Source: the human T2T-CHM13v2.0 reference genome, Homo sapiens
Assembly (NCBI RefSeq): GCF_009914755.1
Contig: NC_060926.1
Length of the DNA: 64,000 bases
Strand: one strand, 5' to 3'
A program made the translations under genes and the position numbers. The notes under the pieces were generated by a model. The model searched no databases and was not told where the DNA came from. It saw only the letters and a program-made list of their open reading frames with translations. This document shows positions 40,546 to 53,944 of this stretch, one piece after another. The first letter of the stretch is position 1. Each line of letters begins with the position of its first letter.

Positions 40546-41799
40546 ATCGCAAGAGAGAAATTTTAATATGATGATATGTGCTGTGATTCTCCTACAAGAA
40601 GTAGTATGCAAAACTTCCCAAAAGTGTCTGACTGGGCCACTCCTTTTTGTTCTTCCCAGAACCTACAGAACTAAAATAAACTGCCCCTCTATTGATTTTG
40701 CTTCTTGATTGTAGGGTGTCTGATTCTCTAACTTTTTAGCATCTCCAACCAGTTCACAGCATTGAGGGAGCAGACATTGACCCATTGATAACCCCAATCT
40801 ACCACACAACAACCGGCACAAAGTTAGACACACAGTAAATACTCAATAAACACTTGCAATTAGGTCAATAGGAGGCTCACTGGTTGAATAGCACTCAAAT
40901 TTGAGCTATTTTCAATGATCCTTTAAATCAAAATGTTTTCCATTTTTATTTTACTTCATTAGAACAAAGTAAAATATGATCCTTTCAGTCTCTGTAACAG
41001 CACACTGATTTTTTCTCTTCTTCCTTTGCTCTCCTTTCTTCTCCCCTTTTCTTCTTTCTCTCTCATTTCCTTTTTTCCCCTCATTTTCTTTCTTCCTTGC
41101 TTTGCATCTCTTCCACCATTCTTTATTTTCTGTTTTTTGTTGTTGTTTAAAATTCAGAGGAAAAGACTCCAGGGACAGTGAGTCAGTAAATGAAAATTGT
41201 ATCGACTCCCATGGTAGAGAAAGTTGTAAACCACTGAGAATTCCAAAATAGAAGTATTTCTTGTGGGAAAATCATCACCATGTCTTCCACTCCCATCGAT
41301 TATGATGTTAATTTGTCTGTATCATTCTTCAGTGTTTATAATTATCTTAGGCAAAGTATGTTTTAAAGAGTGTCTTTCCTATCTCCCAACTCCCACCTCC
41401 CACAAACTGCATTTTATTGGTGGTGCTTGCACAACCCAACGACTGAAACCTCAGTGAGAAAGTAATAAAGTGCTTAGAAGTAATAATTGATGGTCAGCCC
41501 ATCTTACATTTGGGGGTGTAGTTAAAGGCAGAGTCCTTGTAAGCTCTCCTAATCCCATTTATTAATGGTTAGCAAATTGTGATTATCAATCAAAATCAAA
41601 ATGTGTGTGCTGTCTCCTTGACCTTTGGGTGGTAGAATTTCTTTTTACTCATTCAACCCCTATTTGTTTATGTGTACCTATCAGGAGTTTTGATATGTGT
41701 AACGTGATAAATTTATTATTATTAGAGCCATTGTCTATTAAGAGATGATTATTTGATTCCATACCTAATCTTTTATATACATCTTTGTGTTTAACTTTA

Positions 41800-42065
41800 G
41801 TTTCACAAAGATTTCCTAAGGTAGGGATTGCTATCCACGCTTTATAGGGAGGTTAAGTAACTGGCCTACCATTACACAGCCAATCAGGTGGCACAGGTGG
41901 GATTTAGACCCACATTCGTCTGAATTCAAAACCAGCACTCCATGAGTAAACATCCATTTGACTGACATGAGACAAATCAGAGATCTGAAAGGTTAAATGA
42001 CACAATACATGTGCCTAGCACGGTCCATAGCACATAATAAAGTCTAAAAAATGTTTGCTGCTAGG
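41800..42065. mobile_element. Two MIR fragments in opposite orientation
   Basis: gaggttaagtaactggcc...ggatttagaccca; aggttaaatgacac...gcacataataaa. Confidence 0.55.
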
Positions 42066-42666
42066 ATTATTATGATGATCATTACTACTGTCATTATTAC
42101 TGCTACTATTATTATTTTCATTATCAAGGTTCCAACACTTGGGATCTAATTTCCAGGACTTAGAAATACCTCAGTTGTTAAAATGATAGGTACAACTTTA
42201 AATTCCCTAAACCAATCACAAAAGGTGAAATGACAAGAATCCAACAAGTTAATAAACACATTACCAAAATGCAGAATAAATGAATGAATTTAAATAACAA
42301 CTGTTTCTAAAGGGCTCACAATTGTTCACAGAACTTCACCTCTTTAATTGATTTTTTAATGAGCTATCCAAATGAGAAGTATATTTATTTCCATTGAAGA
42401 GAAAATGTGGAAGATGGAGAATTGTGTGAGCAAGTTATAGTAAGGGCAAGCAGGTAACAACTTTCTGGGACATAAGAGACTAGTGTTTCTTATCGTACAA
42501 ATGAAAGATCATATTCCAACTTCATGATGGACATATCCCAAGTTGATGTTTATACCAAATGGTAGAGAAATTGGTGACAAAGGAAGTCAACCTCTGCAAG
42601 CTATTAAACACTGAGTCACTTTACCTAGAAGGACGGTAAATTTCCTTTTCCAAAAGTGCAGTTTCT

Positions 42667-42963
42667 GGTTGGGTATAGTGGCTCAGGTATGTAATCCTGG
42701 CACTTTGGGAGGCCGAGGCAAAAAGATTGCTTGAGCCCAGGAGATCGAGACCAGCCTGGGTAAGATGGAGAAACCTCTGTCTGTACAAAAAAGTTATAAA
42801 AATTACCTGGGCATGGTGGTGCCCACCTGTAGTCCCAGCTACTCAGGAAGGTGAGGCAGGAGCATCCCTGGAGACCAGGAGTTCAAGGCTGTGATCGCAC
42901 CACTGCACTTCAGCCAAGGTAACCGAGTGAGATCCTGTCTCTAAAAAAAATAAAAATAAAAAT
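42667..42963 (+). mobile_element. AluJ
   Basis: gattgcttgagcccagga; TSD aaagtgcagtttct / aaagcgcaatttct. Confidence 0.92.
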
Positions 42964-44373
42964 AAAGCGCAATTTCTAACTCACAATCTATGTTCTAAAA
43001 ACAAGTCAGTTACTTGGAGTCTTGTGCTCAGAATGCTATTTCCCACCTCCACATGATGTAGTCAGGTCCAGGGCCAACCCACAGATATTTTTTTATAGGC
43101 AAAATACAGCAAAAGAGCCTTGTAATCACCATGACCCATATACTATGGACAATGGGAAAGTGCTCCTGGGATTCCAATCCAGGATAGCAAGAATGTGTCT
43201 GCCAAGCTGCAACCCTAGAAGCAGGTGAAAGTTACCCTTCACCTCTTACCTGCTAGCCAGGAAGTAGAAGCAGAGACCCTACTGGATCTCTGAGGCCTGG
43301 GATAGTGGCTTTGGTGGAGAAAAGGCCAGAGAGATGGTGAAGGGCTCAATCAGGGACTCCAAGTGACAGCGGCTAGGAAAGGCTGCAAACTCTTGGAAGG
43401 CACTGGAACTGCTTCCCATTCTGTGTGTTTACCTATCCCAAGTCCGCAGGGCTAACTTCTTCAAGGGCTTCTGATGGTATTTCCTCTTCCCCTTATATAC
43501 GGAGGAGACAGCCTCAAGTTTCCTTGCTCTTCTTTGAGATTCTCAAAGGACTTTTCTAAGGTGTTTTATTACATCTAATGTTTCTCAAAATGTGAGCTGC
43601 AGACACTCTTAGGTGGGGCTCTAGAGTACGGTATGAGGACAGGCAGTTAAATTCCAGCTCCAGGTAATGGACCACGCCTTGCTCCTCGGCTTCCTGTCAG
43701 CCATTCCCCCTTGTTTAGTTAAAACATTCCCAACTTCTTTGTAGGAATTACCCCCTCCCCACTGTTGAGACTCTAAATAAAGGTGTCCTGTCCTACTCTG
43801 ACCAAAGGGTAGGGCTGAGATCCATACCAGGCCTAATCTTTCCTGGGACATTGATTCTTGGCCAGCATTACAGAATTAGAGAGGAAAAGAAGTAGTACCT
43901 TGGAAAGCTATCAGAAATTAATTCATCCCAGAACTAGAGATTTTGAAGTGAACAAATCTGAAAAAAGCCAACTGCCTTTGTGAAGTTGACATTTAGTGGG
44001 AATGGTGAGGGAGGCAAACAATAAAAAGTAATACAAATAAAATATGTAATAATGTCTTAAAAGCTGTAGGAAAAAGATGGAGCAAAGAAGGGGGACAGGG
44101 AGAGAAAATGGGTTAGATTGTGATCGCAAACAGTTCTCAATGAGAAGGTGCTGAGAGAGCAAGCCATGAGGCTCTCAGGGGGAAGATGGCTACAGCCAGA
44201 GGGAAAAAATGCAAAAGCCTCAGCAGAGTGGACCCAGCAAGGTCAACGTAAAGCAGAGGCCAAGACAAGTGAATGCAGGAAGAGGGTCGGAGGAAAGCAC
44301 TTAGGGTGATTATGGGACACAGTATGCCGGGCCTCGTAGGCCATTGGAAGCACACTGGCTTGTCCTCTGAGCC

Positions 44374-44905
44374 TGTCTCAATCAACTATTGCTTTGAAAC
44401 AACCATCACAGGCTCTCTGTGGCATACAACTACCAGTATTGCTTTTGCTTACATACCTACAGGTCAGCTTAGAGCCAGCCAAATCCAGGCTGAGCTCAAC
44501 TGGGCTGCTCTATGTGACAAGTTAGGTCCATGCCTGCTCCATATGTCTGTCATCTTCTTTGGACAACTGAGCTCACCAGGGCATGTTCTCACAGAGATAG
44601 CAGTGTGCAGAAGGCAACTGGAAACACATGACAAGTCTTAAGAACTAAACTCTCTAACAGGATGCTGTCATTTCGGACAACCTCTCCACACTCCTGTCAC
44701 TAGAAAGACATGACAACTCTTAAGAATTAAGCTCTCTAATGGGACACTGTCATTTCGGACCACCTCTCCCCACTCCTGTCCACTTGCTCAAAGCAAGGAC
44801 ATGGCCAAGTCAAGTCAAGGAGTGGGGCAGCAGACTTCACCTCTAGTGGGAAGCACTGCAAAGTCATATGGCAAAGGGATGGATGGAGAATGGAGAATGA
44901 TAACT
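44374..44905 (-). mobile_element. MLT1H/I-like LTR with 82-bp internal tandem duplication
   Basis: aaagcaaggacatggccaagtc...cacctctagtgggaagcactgcaaagtcatatggcaaaggg. Confidence 0.65.
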
Positions 44906-45425
44906 CTTCTTAGAACCAGGGAGCCATTGAAGGTTCTAAGCAGATAAGTGACCTAGTCTGACTTTCGTTTAACATTGATCTGGCTAGTGTGTTGAAAATA
45001 GATGGTAGGACAGCCAGTGTGGAATCCAGGAGGCCAGTTAGAAGTGATCACGTTACTCCATGAGAAACACTGTGGTAGCATGGAGCAGAGAAGTAGCAGA
45101 AGAGTTACTGACGTGGGAAATTCTGGAAATATTTTTAAACTATAGTCAAGGGATTTGCTGATGGATTGAACATGAAACGTGACTCAACACTTTTGAGTTA
45201 GGCAACTGAAAGGATAGATTTGTCATTTTTCAGATAAAAGGACTGTAGAAAGAGTGAGTTAGAGGAAAGGGGAGGTAGAGAGTCTAGTTTGGGACATGTT
45301 AAGTTTGCAACATGCATTTGACATCCAAGCAGAGATATCAAATAGGCAGTTGGCTATCAGGCTGAAGTTCGGGAGAGAGTCCTGGACTGGAAATATAAAT
45401 TCTGGAGTCATCAACATGCAGATGG

Positions 45426-46020
45426 TATGTTAATTTTTACTGCTGCATAACGAAACAACAAAAACCGAGCTTCTTAAAATAATACCCATTGTCTCACAGT
45501 TCTATGGGTCAGAAGCCTGGACACAGCATGGCTGGGTTCTCTGCTCAGGCTCTCACAGGCTGAAATCAAGGTGCCAGCTGGGGTTACAGTGAGACTTTGG
45601 TCCTCTTCCAAGCTCACTGATTAACGGCCAAGTTCAGTTCCTTGCGACTATGGGGCTGAGGTACCCATTTTCTTGCTGGCTGTTGGTCAGGGGTCCCTCT
45701 CAGCTCCCAGGAGCTACCCACAGTTTCAAGCCTTGTGGTCTCTCTACAACATGACAATTTTCTTCCTTAAGGCCACCAAGAGAATCTCTTTCTCATAAAG
45801 ACTTTCACTCCAGCAAGGGTCCAGTTCCTCTTTTCAGAATTCAGCTGATCAGACCAGGCAAACCCAGGATAATCACTCTTTTGATGAACTCAGTCAACTG
45901 ATTAGTAATCAAATCACAGAGGTGATGCCCCATCGCATTCAGACTCCCACCCACAGTCAGGGAGAGGGGATTACACAAGGGATAGGGAATATTGAGGCCC
46001 ATCTTAGAATTCTGACTACT
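45426..46020 (-). mobile_element. MLT1E/D-like LTR
   Basis: tctcacagttctatgggtcagaag...ggctgaaatcaaggtg...gcccatcttagaattctg. Confidence 0.8.
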
Positions 46021-46634
46021 GTAGATAGTTATATAAAACCTTGGGGTTAGATGCAATCACCCAGTTGAATATAGAAAGAAAATAAAATTAGTTCCTTCTA
46101 CCCAGAACCCCTAAGCTGCCCAAATCCTGGCTGCTTACAACATCCAGAACAGATTTCTGTTACCTACAACCAACAAACACCAATGGAGTCATCCTTGGAT
46201 GAGTCTTACTCACACCAAGGTTTCAGAACCACTGGCTCAGACCATCAGAGCAAAATTGATGCAAATAAACGATAATGAGTCTTTTGTACCCCAAATTCAG
46301 AAATGAGATTTATTTTAGTTACAATTCAGAGGAAATCCCATCTAAATGATTCTCTCAATATTTGCTTAATGGAAAGAGAGGAGCCTCTGAGCAGAGAATG
46401 TAGGAACATGGCAGAATAGTGTTCTCACGTTTACTTTAGCTAATTTCTTTTACTTCAAAATCAGTGACAACTAGCATCTTGGTTCATCTTGCTGTTTTTT
46501 GCCTGGATATGGCAGATAGAAAAGCCAGAGGGAAAATGCAACAGAGAGAGTGTGTGACAAATATAGAAAGACCATGTAACCAACCAGTGGCCTCCATCTC
46601 ATCCCTACCTTCTCAAAACTTTGCTTTTAAAAAG

Positions 46635-46870
46635 GCAGTAGAGGACAGTAACAAAAGCACGGGCTTTAGTGACAGACAAATCTGGGTTTAAAGCCTAATG
46701 CTTCCATTCACCAGCTGTGCAACTTTGAGCTCATTACCTAACTTTTTCTGCATCTCTTTTCTCTCATCTGTCAAATGCAATAATATTACCTTCCTCCCTG
46801 GGTTGTTGAAAGGATTAAACGAGATAATGGATGTAAATGCATTTATATCATGTGCTAAGTAACTATTTCA
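46635..46870 (+). mobile_element. MIR
   Basis: ctgggtttaaagcct...ccagctgtgcaactttgagc...ctcatctgtcaaatg...aggattaaacgagataat. Confidence 0.75.
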
Positions 46871-48015
46871 GTGACTACTGCTGTGGCTATTGTGCCTGTT
46901 TTTCTCTTTGAAACAGGAACTGGAAAGATGACCTCCCTTTGTCTCTTAGCGTTGCCAAACACGCGCAGATCAGAAACCTTAAGAGAGAAAAGCTGTAAAT
47001 AGCATGAGGCAGCAGCATGGCTTGTTCATATCCTTTGCCCTAATTGTGACTTGCTAATATTATCTGGCCCTCATCTAAGCTTCACTTTGGATTGGACAGA
47101 ATATTAACAAGCAGGTGGGGTGGGGCAGGAAGGGGAAGCTGCACCATTGAGCTATGCCACATGAATGCACACCAAGGCAATGAGGTAGGAATGACAAAGT
47201 CCAAAAAAAGTAAAAGCAGGAGAACATTAAAAATCTTTCCTTACATGAATGCAAATTCTGAATGATTGCACAATTTATGACTTTGTTCCAGTTAACAAGT
47301 TCTCCAGGATCAATCCGGAAAAACAACTTTAAATGTGCATGCCATGGTGTCTGTTCATTTGAACATTTTTTACTACATACACAGTATGACAACTGAATGT
47401 TATATGGTTAGATTTTGAAGATGTTTTCACATGCTTACCTACACCATAACTCTCTCTTCTGGTGTATTTGAAATCCTTATATTGCCTTCTGCCTATGAAC
47501 AATTGCAATTTGTGTCAAACCCAGCCATTAATTTTTCTCAATAAATTTCACAGTTCTACTAGTGAAACTAATGAGATGCACCCACCATTACATGGTTTAT
47601 TTTAATGTTCCTTGATTGCAAGGATTCTCTGCATCCTAAAAGATGAGTCAAATGTTCTCTCTCCCAGTTCCACTTATTCATCAATGCTTTAAACAAATCA
47701 GCTGCCACCTGATTCTAAAAGACAGGGTTGACATGTGTATGATACTCACCCGATCATTTTTCTTGGTTATAGACCCCTGAACACAAATATCCCCCATGTC
47801 AGGGGATTTGAAGACATCACAAGTAACAGAGAAGGGCCAGAGTTCTAGAGGAAATATGATTGAAAGTTCTCTTGACCTAATAGTCCCTGGTTGACATGTT
47901 CTAATCCTCCTCCAAGTGTCACCTTAGCTAAACTATAATATTTATAGGACAGAATATAAAACAATTGCATCTTCACTAAAGCAGAGAGGGATTTTGACAA
48001 TCAAAAATGCAATTG

Positions 48016-48308
48016 AGCCGGGTGTGGTGGCTCATGCCTGTAATCCCAGCACTTTAGGAGGCCGAGGTGGGAGGATTGCTTGAGCCCAGGAGTTTGAGAC
48101 CAGCCTGGGCAACATAGTGAGACCCTGTCTCTATTTTTTAAAAGTTTAAAAATTAGCTAGACATGGTGGCACCAACCTGTGGTCTCAGCTACTCAAGAGG
48201 TTGAGGTGGGAGGATCCCTTGAACCCAGAAGGTCAAGGCTATAATGAGATTTGGTTGCACCATTGCACTCCAGCCTTGGTGATAGAGGGAGACCCTGTCT
48301 CGAAAAAG
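48016..48308 (+). mobile_element. AluJ
   Basis: gaggattgcttgagcccaggagtttgagaccagcctgggcaacatagtgagacc. Confidence 0.92.
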
Positions 48309-49304
48309 ATGCAAGTCTACAACGGAACAGAGGATTAAAATGATATTTAACCTGTGAATTCAAAACTTCTACTTCCCATTTTAATTTGTAAGGGCTTAGG
48401 AGGAGGAGGAAAAGTAAACAATTTATAGAAAATAATCAAGGCTATTTTATAACTTATCAATATCCTTGCATGAGAGTCAATAAATAAACAAAGGTGTTTT
48501 GGGGCCAAATCAACTGGGTTTGTGAGTCAGTAGCTTATTGATTTCATCTGCCATTTTGTCAGGTGTTAACCCAATGTCATCATCACACAAATGACTGATG
48601 AATGCATTCAGTTATACTCAAGAGCCTTGGTGGAATAACTAATTTTACTCACTAAACAATGCCTAAATTAACTCAAATATGGAAGAAAAACTTTAGAGGT
48701 CAGAAAACTATTGCATATGTATATTTTCTGACTCCTGATATTTGCATATATATTTATTTCTTCCATCTCTCCCTCTTCTCCTATTTCTTCTTCCCTTTTC
48801 ATTTTTTTTCTCCCTTTTTTCTTATTTATGGTGAGACATCAGTAGTCTCACAGGTGTTACTAAAAACCAAAGAGTTGATTCACTCGGAGCTCATATTATT
48901 TAGGATTACTGATACCTGTTCTATACTCTCAGAGCATTTCCTGGGAATTACTTAAGATTCACTAGGTTCACCATCGTGTGGAATTCATTCACTTGAATTT
49001 CCTTTGAGTCAAATGCAGAAATTGACTCCAGTTGTCGACCCAGGGTGTTCATACCTCAAAACCAACAGGAAGCCTAGTAATGATGAAGAGAGAGTAGATA
49101 AGGAAGGGGATTAGATGCCAAGAAATAAAGCCCTTTTTGTGGTAAGATAAATCTAGCAACCACAAACTGATAAGGAAGGCCCTGAGGCGGCCTTCCCAAG
49201 GAGATGCCAATAAGGAAAGCTGATCGTGAATTCAGAGGAAGCAGCTGCCTGCCAGGGAAGGGTGGAGGCCAAGTGGAATGGCAGAGAGATGGTGGCAGCA
49301 GCAA

Positions 49305-49520
49305 AGCCCTGAGTCAGAACTCCAGCATCGAGCCTTGCATGTGATATTACAAGCTACATGGCTCCATGCCAATCATTTCATCTCCCTGAGTCTTAGTTAA
49401 CCTCCTCTGTACAATGTAGATCATAAGTTTACTCTAGAGAACTGTCCTAAGACTCAAATGAAATCAGGTAGTAGGGTAGTAGCAGTCCCTTGCAAAGTGG
49501 AAAGTGATTTATAAATGTCA
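49305..49520 (+). mobile_element. MIR
   Basis: catctccctgagtcttagt...ctgtacaatg...aaatgaaat. Confidence 0.45.
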
Positions 49521-50677
49521 ATGTTAGCCCTTATTATTTGCTGGACTCGTGGCCCAACCTCATGATCTTTGTCTGGAAATACAGGACAAGTTTCTGCATC
49601 AGTCTGGTGCAATTTGGAGGGTTTCAAGGAAATTTTCAAAAAAAGAGTCTTTAACCTTGATTAATGGGAAAAAATAATCCCATCTCCAGACTACTTGGAT
49701 TGAGTGCTGACTCTCAGACATGTTTCAAAGTATGAAGAGTTCATTTTTTGGTATTCCTAGCTGTCTTTCCTTATATCCTATTCCATCCAGTCCTCCTCTG
49801 GGAAATACTTTTCTTTTCCCTCCTTCATTGCTCTATTTATTCTCCAGTACTCAAAACCCTATCCCAGAAAAAAAACACTAATAAACTCATTGTATTCGTT
49901 ACATTTGATTTTTTAATTCAATTGTTTTAAATAATGCAGAAAGTATGACTCACTTATCTGGAAGTCTTGACAAGGGCTGGACAATCCAGAGGCTGGACAA
50001 TGTCACTAAACACTCAGGTCCGTTCTGTCTCTGCTCTGCTAAACACAATGTCAGCTCCATTCCAAGGTTGTTTTCCATGTTATAGGTTTATTATGTATAT
50101 CAGTTAGGAGCCTATGCTTCATTGTTCATGTCCAAGGAGCAACAAGGGACTGGGGAGAGAGGGGAGAGGAACAAGAAGGTGCTTTTCCCCAGACATTGAA
50201 TCAAAGCTGTCTCTTCTGTCTGACTAGATCAACATATGTCACTTACCCCTGAGCCATCATACATAGAATATCACACTCTGTCTGAGTTTTCGAACCAGTT
50301 ACTGATAAAGGGAAGAAGGTTACCATGTTTGGCCAAGACTAATCAGGGTCCCTTTCTCCCTGGAGCTGGGTCAGTCTCCAATCCCCATAGCTGCTACACG
50401 CAGTGGGGACAGTAGAGTGAAGATTGTGGACTCAACCCCAATACCCAGCACATATCAAAGGAAAACATTATTGATGAGATTTCTTGTGTCACTTCTCCCA
50501 GATTTCTCTGCATTCCATCAAAGATAGAAAGAAGATGAAGGAATGAATCATTGAAGTGTTATATTTCAGTGATCTGATTTCAAAAAGCTTCCTTTAACAA
50601 CCCTAATACCATATCCTAGAGATGATTGTTGGGATTTGGGAGGCAAGAAAACTTCTCAAAGTCAGTGTGAGAAAAAA

Positions 50678-50925
50678 CATTCTCACTTATAAGTGGGAGC
50701 TAAATGATGAGAACACATGAACACATAGAGGGGAACAACATACACTGGGACTTAACGGAGGATGGAAGGTGTGGGGAGGGAGAGGATCAGGAAAAATAAC
50801 TAATGGGCACTAGGGCTTCATGCCTGGGTGATGAAATAATCTGTACAAGAAATCCCTATGAAACAAGTTTACCTGTATGACAAACCTGCACAAGTACCCC
50901 TGAACTTAAAAGTTAAAATAAAATT
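50678..50925 (+). mobile_element. L1PA (PA13-16-like) 3' end
   Basis: ttctcacttataagtgggagctaaatgatgagaacacatg...aacctgcacaagtacccctgaacttaaaag. Confidence 0.9.
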
Positions 50926-50961
50926 ACGTAATAAATCCAATAACCTAATTTAAAAAAAATC

Positions 50962-51118
50962 AGCCTGGTGCAGTGGCTCATGCCTGTAATCCCAGCACTT
51001 TGGGAGGCTGAGGCGGGCGGATCACAAGTTCAGGAGATCGAGACAATCCTGGCTAACACGGTGAAACCCCATCTCTACTAAAAATACAAAAACAAACAAA
51101 CAAACAACAACAACAAAA
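50962..51118 (+). mobile_element. AluY/Sc-type left monomer only
   Basis: ggagatcgagac...tcctggctaacacggtgaaacccc, followed by an A/C-rich tract and no right arm. Confidence 0.85.
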
Positions 51119-51638
51119 TTGTAGAGCATAGGCCAGTCCAGGAGGCATTTTACCTTAAGAATTGTTTTCAGGTGTGCACAACCCAAAGGAGAGAGGATAG
51201 CTTGGGTTGGGGTAGGAGGACATAGAAATGAGACCAAATCTAATAAATTGCAAAATGAAGACAAGATGAAGGTATTAATGTTGACCAAATATAGAGGTTG
51301 GGGGTCAGTCAGTGAGGTCAGAAAGTTTGAAATTAAATCTGAAAAAGCTGGGTGTGGGGTCTTTTGGGGAAAGCCTGGTAGTAGTAACATGTTCTTAGAG
51401 GAGTTACTGAGACTTGGCCAACTCCAAGGTAATATTTATGACCACCAAGTAAAAAAGGAAGATGTTCTCCTTTTCTTTGACTCCAGTGTGCTTTTATGGC
51501 TTCCCAGGTTACCTTGTAAGTAGGCATAACTCAACAAACTAAATGAATTATCTCTACCAAGAGGATATCCTATGTAAATATACAGTGTTCAATTGAAGCA
51601 GAAATCATAAAGAAATGTAACACAAAATTGTATTTTGA

Positions 51639-51948
<310 letters not shown>

Positions 51949-52124
51949 CTAATAACATTTTTCAATATATTTTGTTGAATTAGCAGGACTATCTTCCAAA
52001 CTGTATCTTCCACCTTAGTAGAATAGATCCTGTTTTGGTAGGATTTGTAAGTAGTGATTACACTTAGTCCTTCTATTCAAGAGAAGTTTGCTTTGGAGGT
52101 TGCCTAACATACAAGCTACTCTCT

Positions 52125-52620
52125 GTATTAACCATGACTCTTTGGATTTCAAATGATGGAAATTCAACTCAAACTAGTTCTTGCAAAAAAGGCAGTTGCT
52201 TATTTCTGTAAGGTCCAGAATGAACACTAGCTTCAAGCACAACTGGTATTGGGACATACATACTATCCTCAGGACTCGGATTCTCTGGTCCTCATCTCTC
52301 TTGACCTAGCTTGGCTCCATTCTTCAAACTGAGTCTCTCCAAGATGACCTCCAGTGGCTGCCAACCACATACTCTGGGTGTAGCAATTCCAGCAGAAAAA
52401 CAGTTAACTGAAAGTTAATAATTTTTGAAAATACAGTGGTTGACTCAAATTAGCCAATGTGCCCTTCTATGAACCAATTACTATAGCCATGCATAGGGGC
52501 TATTCTGGGTCATCTGCCCCACTGCTGTGGCTGGGGAGGACAGGCACTGTGACCTCCAGCCCCACCAAGTTCCTGCTGAACACACAGGGTTAGCACCAAA
52601 GGGAGAACAAAGGGCTGCTA
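52125..52620 (-). mobile_element. Ancient MLT1K-like LTR
   Basis: ttcaaatgatggaaattcaactcaaactag...gcttcaagcacaactgg...gaaccaattactatagcca. Confidence 0.5.
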
Positions 52621-53650
52621 TCACAAAGACCCTTAAAAATCACGTAGGGTAGAGAGAGGCCACAGTTACCACTGTCCCTTCTGTTCTCTGGGTCTTAATC
52701 TTTACTCCATGACTTCCTGAAAGGTCATTTAAATATGTTCAGTACCCCACCTTGAATATAAAATCATGGTAATTCCCACTCATCCACATCAGATTAACAT
52801 TGTGAAATCATGTAATAGATGAAGAATTCAGCAAATTTAACACAATAAAATGTTTAATAATAAACATGATAGAAGAGACCAAGAATACTGCCGTGATGAA
52901 AGTGTTTACTCACCTCCAGTGGAGTTTGGCCTAATTAGATGGTAATCACATTTATCTGGTACACAGTGTTCATACATAAGAAACAGGCACGGTGAATGTT
53001 TGATCTGAGTACCAATAATCCTGGCAAGGTTCTGCTTTTATGCACATAAGTCTTCAAAGGAGGAAACTTTTTACCTAAATATTTTTGTATGTGCTTTGCT
53101 CCTTTGTAATTAGCTTTGAAGGATTAAAAAAAGAATTTTCCCAAATCATATGAGCATAGATGTGTTGCAGCGTGCCTAAATGTCTTTCAAATAATTCTCC
53201 ATTAAGATTGTGCCTTCAGCGCTCTAACAAAGTGAGCAGAGCTGGGGAGGCATAGCAGTATTTGTTTGACTGACAGATTCTAATGCTCTCTGTTACCCTG
53301 CTGTGGGTTTCCTTTGTAGTATATCACAGGGCAATTAAATACATTGTTCCTTAGATACATAGCTAGATTGTTTATTTAAAAGTCATTTTGCTAATTAGAA
53401 ATTACAACATCAATATGTAACTATCCAAAGTTACTCTTTGTAACTATCCTACCCATCCAAACGCTGACTTCATATAAGCATGTCTGAAAAACTTCCCCCA
53501 TCAAAAATATCTTTGGACATGAAGGTCTACGGAATACTTCATATATAATGTATTCACCTAGTAATAAATAGCAGTTACATTACTCTCACTAATAAAAGAA
53601 CTGCTTACTTACATGCAACAGAGGACCACACATAGAAATATCAACTTCAC

Positions 53651-53944
53651 AGCCAGGCACAGTGCCTCACGCTGTGTGAATCACTTGAAGTCAGGGGTTT
53701 GAGACCAGCCTGGCCAACATGATGAAACCCCGTCTTTACTAAAAATACAATACTAAAAATACAAAATTAGCTGGATGTGGTGGTGCATGCCTGCAATCTC
53801 AGCTACTTGGGAGGCTAAGGCAGGAGAATCGCTTGAACCCAGGAGACAGAGGTTGCAGCGAGCTGAGAGGGCACCACTGCTATCCAGCCTGGGTGGCAGA
53901 GCAAGGCTCCGTCTCAAACAATAAATAAATAAAAATAATTTTTA
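53651..53944 (+). mobile_element. AluS with left-arm deletion and duplicated linker
   Basis: TSD aaatatcaacttcac / aaaaatcaacttcac; lacks the taatcccagcactttgggagg segment. Confidence 0.9.

Larger units (their letters stand above)
43950..46070 (-). mobile_element. Long L2 fragment interrupted by two MLT1 LTRs
   Basis: Antisense L2 motifs (ggagccattgaaggttctaagcag, gtttgggacatgttaagtttg, gacatccaagcagagatatcaaataggcagttgg). Confidence 0.7.
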
